A stretch of DNA of 64,000 nt. It comes from the human T2T-CHM13v2.0 reference genome, Homo sapiens. The position numbers and the translations under genes were made by a program. This document shows, one piece after another, positions 1 through 16,700 of this stretch. The stretch lies in assembly GCF_009914755.1 (NCBI RefSeq), contig NC_060940.1; one strand, 5' to 3'. The notes under the pieces were generated by a model. That model was given only the letters and a program-made list of their open reading frames with translations. It did not search any database and was not told where the DNA came from. Positions within the stretch are counted from its first letter, which is position 1. Each line of letters starts with the position of its first letter.

Positions 1-1
1 T

Positions 2-593
<592 letters not shown>

Positions 594-2112
594 AGGTAAG
601 AACTTTCTAATAGCCAAAGGTGAGGGAAATGGGAAAGGTTGCTCTTGGAAAGGGTGGGCCTCTCATCCCTGCGGAGACACCAGCAAAGATTAGAGGACCA
701 CCCAGCAGGGATGTCAGGGAGGGGAATCAGGCTCCAGGCCCTTCCACCCCAAGACCCTGAGAGCCCCCAGACCCTCACAGGCATGCACATGCAGACAGAC
801 ATACCGGTAACCCTGGCACACAGTCAGGCACACACGAGCAGACACAGCCCAACACACACACACATGCTCTCCCCTCTCCATGCCCTCTTCCCCAACACAC
901 CACCCTGTCTCAGTGGCCACCTTCCTACCTTTGCTCCCTGCGGGCAGGTCCTGAGTCCTGAGGCCACGTGCCGCACTCTGCTTGAGGAACTCAGACTTGA
1001 GGCCCCCCAGGCCGCGAGAGCCTTTGGGGGAGGAATCAGCTTTGGGCCCAGAGCTATGGCTGTGTAGGAAAAAGGGGGAGAGGAGAGGTCTTCACTTGGG
1101 GTGGCCAAGCAGGCCACCCACCCTGGCCTCCTGCCCCTCGGGACATCCCCTCCACCCTGAGGCAATGCCTCCATGCCAAACTGCAGCCTGGAGACCCTGG
1201 ATACCCTGGATACCCCTTTCCCCAGCAGAGGGCAGCCCTGGAGGTGGTCCAGGAAGACATCCTCTGCCTTCAGCCCCCTACCACCCCCACAGAGGAGACT
1301 GCTCCATGAGGGCTAGGCCTCACCTCACTTTGCGATAATCATTAAGCTTCTTGCTGATCAGAGCTTGGTTGGCACAGCCGGGGTCCTGAAGCAGGAGAGG
1401 AGAGAGCGGATCATGTCAGTGCCCACAGCCAGCCCACCCCTGGGTTCATCCCTAGCCCTGCTTCCCCTCTTGTCCACCTGCCAGGTGGACAGCCCAGACC
1501 CTGGAGTGAGAAAGACCAGGCCTGGACTCCCCAGCACCCTCTCACCAGCTGAGGCCTTGGGGAAGCCTCTTAGGCTCTCTGAGCCTCAGTCTCCTCGGTA
1601 ATAAACATGGGGGGCTAAAAGGGAAGGCTCGGGGCTGGGTGCAGAATCATGCAGCACTCGCCACTTTCCTGGCAGATGCTGAGCAGGCATGGAGGAGGTG
1701 CCCCAGGAGGGACTGCTACTGCCATAGTGATGTGACTTGGAACCCCCCTGACTAAGCCTTGTTGGAGACAGCCAAGCCAGGCCCCCAGAGGAGGAGGCCC
1801 AAATTCCAGGTGCCTTCCTCCCTGCAGTGGGGAAAGCTGTTCCCGGGAGAGCAGAGCCTGGTCAGCGAGAGGATGTGTCCTCAGCAAGAGGCCATGCACT
1901 AGCGCCCCCTCCCACGGCCAGAGCAGGCCCAGGCCCACTGCCCTCTTGGCAGAGACCCCAGGCCCGGGATGCCCACATGACTTTGTGTGGGTGTCTCAAG
2001 GCACTTCTGTGCAGGCTCCTGGCCAAAGAAGTAAACAGGGAGGAATCCCTACCTAGGCCCCTGGAGTGTAGCTACGGCTGACCGCAATGGGCGCCATTAA
2101 AAAAAATTCTTC

Positions 2113-2471
<359 letters not shown>

Positions 2472-3924
2472 TCAGCCTCCTCACAAGGTCAATGTGTTCA
2501 TCCTCCTGCAGTCAGGCCAGCCCAGTGCAGTTCTGGTGTGGGGACACTCATGCCCTAACACACTCCATAGGAGGCCCCTGCCTTCCTCGCCTGCTGAGAA
2601 AAGCTGAGACTGGCCTGGAGCTGACCACTCCACATCAGAGCCTGCTCATGGCGATCCTAACACAGTCACAATAATCCCTGTCATCATTAGGGTCAGGATG
2701 GTGACTGCTGGTCCCCGCACCCGAGGACGCCAGGTCCTCCATGAGCCCTGCCCTTGCACCCTTGTCACACCGAAACCTAGGGGGACACAATCACGAGGTG
2801 CACTCCTGTCAGCCCCCCTTTCTAGCAGAGGGAAGTGAGGCTCAGAGCGGACATCCCAGGTCCACAGCCGGTGAGAGGCCACCCCGCCCGCCCTCTGTGG
2901 CCGCCGGGCTGGCCGGGCCCTCACCTCGCCCTCGGCCCTGCTGTTCTCCCGGATCGCTCTGATCCCCCCAGCATGTCATCCCGGTCCTCAGCCTGAAAGA
3001 GATATTCACAGAAGTCAGCGGTGGTCAGCCGGAACACGTGCCTCCTCTTGGTCTCGCTGTAGATGTCCACGAGGCAGGAGCCGATGCAGACGGGCGCCGC
3101 CTTGTCCTCACCTGCGCCGGCCCCCACAGCCCCCGCCGCCGCCGGCCCGGGCTCCCGCTGCTCCTTGCTCAGCGAGAGCGAGCGCGCCAGCAGCGCGGCA
3201 TACACCCGCTTCCACTGGCGCAGGCCGCTGCCCGCTTTCTGCAGGGAGACACGGGGTTGGGGGAAACAGGAGTGGTGAGAGGTCAGTTCTGCCCACTGCT
3301 CTCACAGTAGCAGACAGCGGACAGCCGGGGGATGGACCCCACGCTGCCTACCAGGAGCCGCCTGCTCCACCCGGCTAGACCTGGGCAGCCTCCTGCCCAC
3401 AGCCCACCAATGCTTTCTCAGTCCCTCGCCTGCCTAGACACCCCTACCCATCACCCTAAAGCCCGCCAGCAGACCCCAACCCTCTCCCCCTCTAAACACC
3501 AGCATCAACACTCACCGAGCGGTGGCAATGCTCAGACACCCAGCATGGCCCTCCGTACATGAAATCCTCGGGAAGCCATTCCCAGCCCACGCCCCTCCCC
3601 AGGCTGCCCCTCACCCCAGCAAACCTGCTCAGAAGCTGTCTGCACTCTTAGAGGGTCGTTCTCCCCACTTTCCTGCCGCCCACCCAAGACTCCACTTGCC
3701 CAGAAGCTCCTCTCAGGGACACCCAGAACCGCCATGTGGCCAAAGCCAATGGCTGCTTCTCCCCAACTTGCCTTAACCCCTTGGCGGCATCTGACACAGC
3801 CAGCCCCTCCTTCCCTCTCCAGACCCCATCTCGGCACCTGAGACCCCACGTTCCCGGCTTTCTTCCTAATGCCACTGGCTCCTTCCTAGTCTTCTCTACT
3901 TCCCCTCCCCCACCCTCTACACCT

Positions 3925-4100
3925 GTAGTTAAACAGCCAGGAGACTCGTCACCACGGGACATTTGTGTGGAGGGAGCTGGAGGGTGTGCTATGGCATCTG
4001 AGGGATGCGGCTAAACATTGCGCAATGCACAGGACAGCCTCCCCCAACAAGGAATTATCTGGCTCAAAATGTCAGCAGAGCAGAGGGTAACAGACCCCGC
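3925..4100. mobile_element. MER20-like DNA transposon remnant
   Basis: ATGCACAGGACAGCCTCCCCCAACAAGGAATTATCTGGCTCAAAATGTCA resembles the MER20 consensus (recognised by eye). Confidence 0.65.
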
Positions 4101-4249
4101 CCTAAAGGAGGCGGAGCTCCAGAACTTCGCCCTGACTCTCCCCTCCTCTCCTCTCCCTGCACACCTCCCTCAAGGATGTCACCTGTGCCATGCCTTTAAA
4201 CCAGGTCCACCTGCTGATGGCCATTCCCGAGCCCAGCATCTCCCCCAGC

Positions 4250-5140
4250 CACAGCCCGGCACCCCCACCCTGCTCAGTGTCTTCATTTGCAGGTCCCATG
4301 GGCACTTTGCACAATACTTGCCAGGCCATGTGATTTCTTACCATCAAACCTCTTCTCCACTCTCTACCCCCATCTTTTCCAGCTCAGTCAATCCATCCAG
4401 TTGTCCAGAAACCTGGGAGCTGCCCTTGACTCCTCCCTTTTCCTCGCCCTTGACATCCCATCCATCAGGAAGTCACAACTGTTCTGCCTCCAAAACATCC
4501 CCTGTCTCTGTCTTTCCTGCCAGAGGAAAGACATCTTTCCATGCCATCAACGCCTCTTGCTTGGAGGATGCACAGACCTTCCCAGTCTCTACTCTTGCTC
4601 CTGCATCCATTCTCCAGCAGCAGCTGCAGCAATCATGTTAGAATGAAAAGGAGATCACATCTCTCCCATGCTCAGCATCCTCTCAAGAGATCCCATCGCC
4701 CTCAGAATCAAATCTAAAGTCTCCTGTGGTCTGTACCTGCCTTTCTCCAAATTCATCTTCACACCTTTCTCACTATGTCAAGCCAGGGGGCCCTTGCAGG
4801 TGAGCGAGCCAAGCCTTTCTTTTCTCAGGGCCTCTCTGCTTGCTGTTCCTTCTGCCTAAGCCCCCCTCCCTCACTTCTATATGTGGCTGCTTCCTTCTTC
4901 CCCTTCAGATCTGAACTCCAGCATCACCAATGTCACCTCCTCAGCGAGGCCTTCTCTGGCCATATTTTTCCCTCAATGCAGCTCCCGCTTCTGATCAGCT
5001 TGATCCTTTCCAAGAACTTACTGCAGCCTCAGGCTGTCCTGGGGACAGGGAGCTTGTCCGTCCTCTCATTTCCATATCCCAGGGCCTACAGCAGCATGCA
5101 AGCGCTCATCAATATTTGTTGAATAAATGAATTAATGATC
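4250..5140 (+). mobile_element. LINE-2 remnant with 3' end
   Basis: Pyrimidine-rich degenerate L2 body ending in CTCATCAATATTTGTTGAATAAATGAATTAATGA. Confidence 0.7.
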
Positions 5141-6602
5141 CTTGGAGCACCCTGAGGGCAGGAGCTCCATCTCCCATCAGACCAAGAGCTCCTCTCTGCT
5201 GGCTGGTGGCTCCACATCCAGCACAGGTCTCAGCTCTCAGAACAAACCAGACAAAGAGGTCCCGTGGCTGGCAGATGGGCACAGCCCACATCTGGCCTCC
5301 CATCATGTGGATCCTGAGCTGTGAGCCCTGCTCATCACAGAACTGCTGGAGGGGGACAGGGACATTCAGAGTAGGAGACAGCAGAGCCCTCCAGGGAGAA
5401 TTTTAATGTGACAGTGAGGTGGTGACAAGGGCACCTCTCTGAGGCTAAACCAGCGGCATGACCTAGGACAAGTCAACCGCACTCCCAGGCCTCAGTGTCT
5501 CCGGCTGGTAAATGAGTGAGGGAGTTGGTCACCAAGGCTGCATGCAGCTCCCATGCTGGGGCTGAGGCTGCGGGGACAAGTCACTGTCCCTTTCCCTCCT
5601 CTGCCTGACAGTCCGTGTCTCTGAAAGAGGCTGGGGCTGGGAGGGAGCACAGAGAGGGTGCCCATGGCCTGGGTGGACCAAGGGCCTGAGGCTGACTTGA
5701 AGACTCTCCTCTAACGTCCAGGCCACAGCACCAAAGGAACAAGTGACATCGGGTTTTGGCCAGCAAGGGAGTGGAGGCCTGGTCCTCCAGAACTGGCCAG
5801 TGAGCAGGAAGGGGACAGCTCCTGTCCCTGAACTGGGCTCAGGGTCCCCAGGAGCTGAGGGTCAGGCTTCCCAGCAGGGGGAGCCAGCCACCCTCACAAG
5901 GACCCTTCATGTGGCTCACACGTTAGACTGGAAGGGCTGGCTCACTTGCGGCTCTCCTCGCACAGTGCACGTGGCTGGTCCCTCCTTGCCTCATGGCTCC
6001 CACCCCACGGGTCGCTGCCAACTTGCTGGCTCTTTTTGGTCTCTGTTGGCCTCCCCGGCCCCCCCACTTCTCTCAAGGCTCAGCCAGGTCTCTTGCCTTC
6101 TTCCTTCAAGCCCCTGCACAGAGGCATATGTAACTCGTGGGTGCTGACAGACAAAGGCCGTCCCCAGGTGGGCCTCCCTCTAGTAATACGCCCTCAGAGC
6201 CTCTGTCCCCAGGACATCTCCACTGGGGTCTGTCCCAGGGCCCTCAGACTCACATAGCCCAAGTGGAGCCACTTGGCTTCCTCTCCCCAAACCTGCTCCT
6301 CCAGTGTGCCATGGCCCAGGGAGGGTCTCACCACCCACCACCCTCCCTCAGCCCAAGCCAGGAATCCAGGAACCTTATCGCCTCCTCCTCCTTCCATACC
6401 TCCCAGCAGCCTGCAAGCCCTGGCCGTCCTTCCCATGGAATCTCTCTCTAAAGTGTCCGCTCCACCCAGCCCCACACCACTGCCTTGGGTTGGGGCCCCC
6501 AGCCTCACTCACCTGGACAAGGGCAATGGGATTGGCTCCTCCTGTCACAGACATAACCCCAGTCTCCTGCCAGCCCCAGCCCACATTTAAAACCCTGGAC
6601 AG

Positions 6603-7010
<408 letters not shown>

Positions 7011-7389
7011 TCATCTTCCACCTCTCGCCCTGGCTCCCAGCACACCTCTCCCCACCTCTCCCCAGGACCCTCTAAGGAGACATCCTCCCTGTCAGGCCCC
7101 TCCACTGTCTCCCAGTTTTGTGGCTTCTCATCCTTTCGTGTCTCAGCCTCTGGATACCTCCCTACCCACGCCCACCTGCCCCTGCACCCGGGCGTCACGG
7201 CAGTCTGTGCACTTGGAACCATGATGCCACATGCGTTCTCTCTGCTCAACAGGAGCAACAGGAGCCCCAGGAGGGCAGGGCTGCCCTGGCTCCCTCACCA
7301 CTAACTCCCCAGAACCTCCACAGAGGCTCCCGAGCAGGGAGGCCTTAGTCATTCTCCACGGAGGCGCATCAGTCCCGCCTCGACTTCAC

Positions 7390-7555
7390 CCTCACTTAAT
7401 CCACAGCAGCCCTTGGGGTAGGATAACATTGTTCCCATCGTACAGATCAGAAAGTGAGGCTCGGGGAAGGTAAGTGGGGTGCCCAAAGCCATGTGCTTGA
7501 TATGTGGCTGGATAGGAACTCGAAGTCTGTCTGCTTCAAAGCTTATGTTCTTTCC
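7390..7555. mobile_element. MIR remnant (a second MIR piece lies at ~7930-8130)
   Basis: CCCATCGTACAGATCAGAAAGTGAGGCTC and CCATTTACAGACGAGGACACTGAG match the MIR core. Confidence 0.65.
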
Positions 7556-7566
7556 AGGGACCCTCA

Positions 7567-7941
<375 letters not shown>

Positions 7942-9493
7942 TCAAGTGCCGGGCACTGGGTAAACCCTTTACTTAGATCATCTCATTTAATCCTTAGCAA
8001 TAGGCTTATGAGCTAGGGATTACTGTTAGCTCCATTTACAGACGAGGACACTGAGTCACGGCCAGGTGAGTCACCCAGGCTCTCAGAGCAATGGGCGATG
8101 TAGTCAAGAGTCAAACCCGGGTTCATCCTAATTGCCGGGAGGGAAGGCAGTGGTCTCTCCTCCCACTTCTCCAGCCCACAGCACAGCCTGGGGCCAGGAT
8201 TTGCACCCCATGGATCCAGGGGCTCTGCCCTTCTCCTCTCAGAGTCCTGCTGGTTCCCTCCCAGGCCCTCCCCAAGTACTCCCCAAAGCCCCCTTTGCCT
8301 CTCACCTGGATCTCCACGGTGGCTCTAACTGGTCTTCTTGCCTCCAGCGTGGCCCCTCCCTAACTCACTCCCAGGGAGCCAAATGAATATTTTAAAGCTG
8401 TAACTCCCTTGGCAAGAGCCCCCGAGAGCTTTTGGTTGCCCTTAGGATGAACACTAAGCCCTTTGCTGGCTTGCCTGCATCTTCTTGGGCCTTAACTCTC
8501 CTACGGAAATCACCCCAGCCTTGCTCCTTATTTTCCATGAGCCCCAGCGGCCATCTTCAGGATGGCCTGTCAAGCCAGGGCCACTGTGGGATGGTTTTGC
8601 CAGAATTCCAAGCACGACTCGATCAGATCCATCCCACAGCAAAATCCACCTCTCTTGTTAACTTCTTTTACATAAGTTCTTTAAATCCCCCTGCCAGGAA
8701 GTTCTTCCTAACATCTATCCTCCATCCTTCATGCAACAACCTACACTGGTTCTCTCTGGCTCCAGAGGCTGTCAGGGTAGGCCTAGGAGAGGCTGGAGGG
8801 TTCTGCTGGAGCCAGCTTTCACCTCATTCCTCCACCCATCTTACCTTCCCCTTCTTGGTGAGAATCTGCTTATAATACAACCAGTCTTCTCTCCTGATAT
8901 TGCTGAAGGTCGCATCTGAGAGGTCAGAGGTTGAGTGTCGCTTAGAAGGAGCGTCAGCGTCTTCAGAGGTGCCCCAGCTATCCAAGGACTGCAGGGAGAC
9001 AACAGAGGACAATTTAGGGTGGCTCCCACAATGCCAGCATCTCAGGAACCCCATGGACCACTTGTGGCCGCACAGTCCTGATATATGTCTGTGCTACACC
9101 CCGATGTGCCGTGCGACCTCATGGGCATTGCTTGTCCTCTCTGGACCACTTGTGTTGAGGTCATGAGACATACGTAAAGGAGAAGCCAGAAAGGAGGAAA
9201 GGCTATGACCTGTCAGCAGACCACACGCCTCACCATGCTAGAGGAGCCAATTCGGAGCCTCCTGTAACTTTATAGACTTAGAAGAATTAAGGAAATGGAG
9301 GAAGTGATCGTGTCAACGAGGAGTTAAATAAACAGGGGAAGTGGGAACATCAACAAAGGCTGAGTGAGTGGAGCAGGTAGTCATGTCCACGAGGCGTTAA
9401 ACAGAGGAAGTGACAGTGTCAACAGGACTCCAGCCAGAGGGCGCAAGTCAAGGGAGAGTTAAGTAAGCAGAAGAAGTGATAAGAAATAAGCTA

Positions 9494-10310
<817 letters not shown>

Positions 10311-11899
10311 CTATCACAGGCCTGATCCTGCCTCCCCAGGTCCTGAGGCTGGGAACTCCACCTGTCCACCAATCTCAACCCTGTGTCCAGGCCACACCTT
10401 TCCAGTGTCCACCCCGACCCCATCCCATGAAGACAAGACGCGATGCAAATACTGACTCAGGGTAGTGAAGGAAACAAATGAAGCACCAAATATAAGCTCG
10501 GGGAGCTTCTATTCTAGCTGGGGAGCCAGGCAGGGAGGAAGGGAAACACCAATTGTGCATGAGGCGTGCTGAGGAGGAAAACAGAGTAGCGAAGGGAGGC
10601 ATGAAATGTCAGGAGTGGAGACTGGAATTTCAGGGAAGACCTAAAAAGCTGCAAAGACAGTGGAGAAGTGAGTCGTGTGGCTATGGGGGATGGGTCTGGA
10701 AAGAGGCAGTCCAGACGGGGGCCCCTGGGTGGGGCTGCATGGTGTCATTCAGGGAAGTCGGGGCCCACAGCAGAGGGCCGGTCCCGCGGTGGACACAAGG
10801 GTGAGGGGTGCAGGGAGGAGGGGGAAGGCAGGAGCTGGAGCAGGAACCCCCATGCCGAGGCTGTGGCCCCACCTCCCTGACACCCTCTCTCCCCACACCC
10901 TCACTCCTGCGCACACACACAGACCTGCAACTCACCCCGTCTGTGAAGAAGCTCCGGAGCAACGGCAGGCTGGGTATGCGGTTTGGCAGGTGCCTGGGAA
11001 GCAAGGGTGGAGGGTGAGGGATGTGGGCAGCAAAGCTGGGACCTCACTATCTCGTCACCCACCAAACCCCAAGCCCAGAAGCCTTCCAGCGGGGGAGACA
11101 CACTGTCCCATGCATAGAGGACCCCCAGGGCCAAAAGCCCTGCCCCAGAGCAGCTGGCCAGGGTGGCTGTGGCCACCCCACCCCATGTCCAGACAGGGCC
11201 TCACCGCAGAACCTGGCCCTCATCGCGGAAGGTGTTGAGTCCATCATCGCAGGACTTGGAGCGCTCCGTGGTGATGGCCAGCAGGTAGGAGGAGCGGCGG
11301 CCAGCCTTGATGCTGCCTGCAAAGCCGCCCGCATCGGGCCTCAGGGTCAGCGGGGCAGCAGGTCAGGGGCTTCCCAGAGCCCTCCCTTCTAGGCAGGGGC
11401 CGGAGGTGACTCTCCCAAGGTGCCCCAGGAGAAGCGGAAACCAGAGGAAGAGGCCAGACATCAAGCAGCAGACCCAACAGAGACCCCTGGGACTGGGCAG
11501 GGAGGGAAAGGGTGGGGCTGGGGGTGTGGGGAGAGCTCACTGCAGTCCCGCGAGTAATGCCGTCCGAGGGTGAAGGTGAAGGTCGGGGAAGATGGGCTGG
11601 TGCCCAGGACAGCGGCTGAGTTCATGGCACTGGAGACCACAGCAAAGGCAGGGACATGCTTGGCTTGGAGGTCAGTGCTGGGGCTGGTGGGCTCATCTAT
11701 GCATGTGGAAGGAGAAAGGTGTGAAGGCGGCAGACAGCAGAACCTGCTTGCCTCCACCCTAGCCTTGCCAGCCCCCGTGCCACTCACCTCCAGGCTCAGA
11801 CACATCCCAAAGGGTCCTGCTGGCAACATGCCCACTGTCAAGCGTGACTGGCCCACTGTCCAGACTGTGGCCATGGAATCCTTACCCTCAGGAGTGGGG

Positions 11900-12200
11900 C
11901 TGAGACACCCTCCTTAGACCGGACTCCTGAGGACAGAGCCAATATTCCCCCATCAGACTGGGAGCCTCCTGAGGGCAGGGACGGTGTCTCCCCCATCAGA
12001 CTGAGGGCACTCAGAGAGAATGAATTATGTCTCCCCTCTCAGACCAAGAGCCTCCTGAGGGCAGGGACAGCGTCTTCCCCATCAGACTGAGAGCTTCCTA
12101 AGGGCAAAAGCTCCCCCATCAGCTGGGGCTCCTCAAGGGCAGAGATGACATCTCCCCCTCAAACAGGGTGTGCTCTGGAAGAAGAGACTGCCTCTCCTGG
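11900..12200. repeat. Degenerate ~42-nt tandem repeat (CCCCCATCAGACTGGGAGCCTCCTGAGGGCAGGGAC...), ~6-7 units
   Basis: Recurring CCCCATCAGAC and CCTGAGGGCAG motifs at ~40-nt spacing. Confidence 0.75.
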
Positions 12201-13048
12201 CCACAGCCTAGAGCCTTTCATCAGGGGTCAGTGGTGTGGATGGGGCCCTTGAGACAATCCAGTGAGATCTGGAAGTGAAGAAAAAGATTATAATCTGGGA
12301 TAAATATAAAAAGTTACAATAAAAATTTTATTGCAAATTTACAAATTATGGTTGTTTATATGTACATGGTAAAGGGCAATGTTATGATTTGTGAATACAA
12401 TATGAAATAACTAAGATAATTAAGAAATAACTGATATAATTATCATTCATTGTTTCAAATTTTTATCTTTTATTGTGACAACATTTAACATTTACTCTTA
12501 GCTCTTTAAAATGACCAATGTACTATTTTAAATGAACCATAGAAACCAATTTATGTAAACAATTGAAAATCTGGGAAATCAATTATGAATTACTGTAATA
12601 ATTTAATAATTAAAAGTTAATAATGTAGTTAATTAAGTTTGATTTTTTTCAAACTTTTTTTATCATTTCATTGTAATGTTTAATACAAATGCCTACATAT
12701 ATATGCATTGGTCTGTGTATTTATACATCTTTCTATGGGTATAAATTTTTGTCCCTATAGCTATGTAGTTGCTGATGTCAACAAATGTTAATAAAACTCT
12801 GGAAGAATCAGTGCAAACAATTAGGAATGTTTATTTCTTGAAAGTATATACTTAAAAATATAATAATATGTAGAATGTTAATAATTACTAAAATTTAAAC
12901 ATTAATGATAAAATTCATAATAAATATAAGTAACAAAATATCACAGCCTAGAAGACTCCAGAGTCCTGCGAAGATAAACGTGACTTTTCCAGCTGAGGAG
13001 AAAGGAAACCTCTCCCGGCACCAGCTCCTGGGACCTGTCCCGTCCTCA

Positions 13049-13596
<548 letters not shown>

Positions 13597-13697
13597 GGTG
13601 ATTCCGGTGTGTTCAGTCCTGATCACTGAATGAAAATACTTGGGAATCCCAAGGCTGGGGCTCCTCTCCCAGAGCTGCAGGGTCAGGACTGGGCTGG

Positions 13698-13730
13698 TTT
13701 TCATCAGGAGAGGGAGGGCCCTATTTGCAT
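13698..13730 (-). promoter_or_regulatory. IGHV promoter: octamer plus TATA-like element
   Basis: Perfect ATGCAAAT at 13723-13730, ~127 nt upstream of the ATG; GATGAAAA at ~13698-13705. Confidence 0.85.
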
Positions 13731-16700
13731 GTCACCTACTATATAGCAAGCTCTGGGGTGGGACGCCTGAGCAGAGGGCAGTGCCCAGATAAGGTAATGA
13801 TGCCCTGCAAGAATCTGATGACAATGATGGTGTTTGGAAAACTTGCTGTCTTATTAGGAAATTGTGCTGTGATAAACACTTTGCACTAATCACTCTCTTA
13901 CATTTTTACATATTTGTGTAAATCATATTTTTAGGGGTCAATGGTTTCTCCATTTACAGATGGCGAAGTAAACCCATACGTGGAGGGGCTTTGTATGTAT
14001 CTAAGAGCTCATACCTGAGGTTAGTGAGCCCCAGTATCTGGGCCTGTGCTCCTCATCCACTGGCCCTATATTACTCCCTAACCCAACTCCAGGACAGAGC
14101 TGGGCATGCCTAGTGTGGTTTGTGAAACCCACTTTCTGTATTGAGAACATGTGTAATTTTGCTGCATTCTAGCATTCACCTAAAAATATGGTGAGAACTA
14201 GGGTTCACGAAGATAAATTATTAGGTGTTTCTGAAATTTAGTATTTTTTCTATCTTTATATCACTTACTTCTTGTGCAAGTTTTCATTTGTTTGCTGGTA
14301 ATAAATTTTATAAATTTCAGTTTACTGATAATAAACTTCACATATTTAAAGTGTACAATTGATAAACCTGATGTAACCATCCTAGTTATCAAGGTGAACC
14401 AGAAAATTCTCAAAATTTCCCTCTCATTCTTCCATATTCCTCCTCCTTTCCTCTTCCCTTCTTCTACTATTTCCCCAAATGGTAAATTCTGATCTTCTTT
14501 ATATTGCTGTAGATTCAATTTAATTTATCAGAATTTATTAAAATGGAATAACATAGTACATATTCCTGTTTGCTTTATTTTCCTGAACATCAATACTTAG
14601 ATATTTTACCTTGTTGTTATATTGCTTAAGTTCAGTTTTTATTTTCCAGAATTTATATAAATGAAATTATATGGTAAATCTTCTCATTTGTCTGGTTTAT
14701 TTTACTCAGCAAAAATACTTAGATATTTTACCTTCTTGTTGCATGTATCAGACAATTATTTATTATAAATGTTGTGTAGTATTCCATTGAACTAATTTAC
14801 CATAATTTGATTTTCTGTTAAGCAGCTTAACAATGTTCAAATTATTTTATTACTCTGGTAGTACTAAAAATCTACTACTCAACTTGAAAATGTACATAAA
14901 TGAGGAATATATTTTCTTTTTTTCTTACAACTACATCAACAATAACAGATAAACAGTCAAGATGAAATTTTGCAAATTTCTGAATGCTTAGGATAACTGA
15001 AGTTAAAAAAAATCTTAAATTTAACAAGAAGCAAGTTCTTGTAGAGAGTAACAAAGCCAGCATATGAGATTACCTAAGGCAGAGTCTGGCGTATGAAATA
15101 TAGGCTGTTAAAGATAAAAATACAAATATATATGGGATTGCTTGAAATTGAATATGGTTAGCTTGTTGTAGTTTGAAATTCTAAGGGACCACATACTGAA
15201 GAGCTTTTCTATCCTCTTGAATCCCTTTCCCCAAAAAAGGGGCAGTCACAAAATCTTCCTTTCCCAAAGTGTCTGTCTGGGAGAGAACAAGAGCCCCCAT
15301 TTTTGAAAGGCATTCAGACTCGACTCCCTTATATCCACTACAGAACTAAAAATTACTTTGCAGGGGTACCACCAAAACCAGTAACCTACGGGCACTGGTG
15401 AAACTCCTCAGGAATTGAGATGGGAACAGAGGTCACTGCCACGAAGTTCTGTTGAGACATAACTCTCTTTCTTATGGAATCAGAGCTTTAGTCTGCAGGG
15501 CAGGGCAGCAGATCTGGGAGGTGATGACACTGACGGGGAACACTGGAGCTGTGGGAGGGAACACCTGGGGGAAACAGGGGGGCTGTACCCCAGTGGAAGG
15601 GACAAGAACACACAGATGAGCATCTCATCTGGAGGAGGGTCAGGAACACTCAGAAGGTCACACCCAGACTTACGGGCACAATGCCTTTCTAGGAATATGG
15701 ACCGAGATGAGGTCAGAGACTCTTCCTTCAGTGTAAGGGCTTCCACTAATTTATCAATTGTCAGTTACATATAACGGAGGAATGCACCTGTGGGAGCTGA
15801 AAGAGATTCTCTGAAGGATGGAACAAGGAGAAGAGACCCAGTCACGCAGCAAAGAAAAACAAGATATCACTGGAGCATCTGTAGTCTCTGGTGGACATAG
15901 AAGAACAGACTTCAATTAATTGTTGAAACCTTTATATCAGTCTTTACTAATTTATATGCTAAAATAGTTGGCCTCATCAATGGAGTCTTATTATCCCCAT
16001 CAGGGATGAGTGTCCATGTGGGCACGTGGTGCAGTTCTAGTCATGGGGGCAGGGGAGGTGGTCTGTTCAGGTGTTCCTGGTCCTTCAGAGGAGAATTGCA
16101 GAACTGTCTCTGCCCCTTTTCCAGCCAATATATAAAATATGTATGTGACCATGGGAATATTGTCACCATGTAACTGCATGATGGGAGTCACCTGAGGGGT
16201 GAAGCTGACTTTCTGGATGCATCAGTGTGGAAAATTGAGAAAAGAAACTTCTTGGGCACATGAGCTGTCAAATTATTCAATCCTGGAGCCACTCACTTCC
16301 AGAGGCTTCCTGTTTCATCAGGTTGTGATTTTCCTCATTGTGTAGTCAGCCTAGGTTGTCTTTCTTCACTCTCTGCTAAAATAGTCACACATAATATCTA
16401 GAAGCATTAAGATTAATAAGTAACTAATTTGAAAATTAGAACAAGTCCCAAGTGAAGTCAAAGTTACTGTGTGGTTGACAGGAAACATGGCTGGATACTA
16501 AGAGTGTGTTCACATCTGTTTTATGTAGATTAGCAACATATTTTATATATCCCTTAAGTAATACTTTCATTGAGACTCCTGATTTAACACTATTTCTTGA
16601 TGAATAACACCTAAATCATAAAGGTGGAGGTTATTACCTAATAATTCATATTACTGGTACAAACTTTCACCTAGGGTATATTCCTATACCTGATGTAAAA

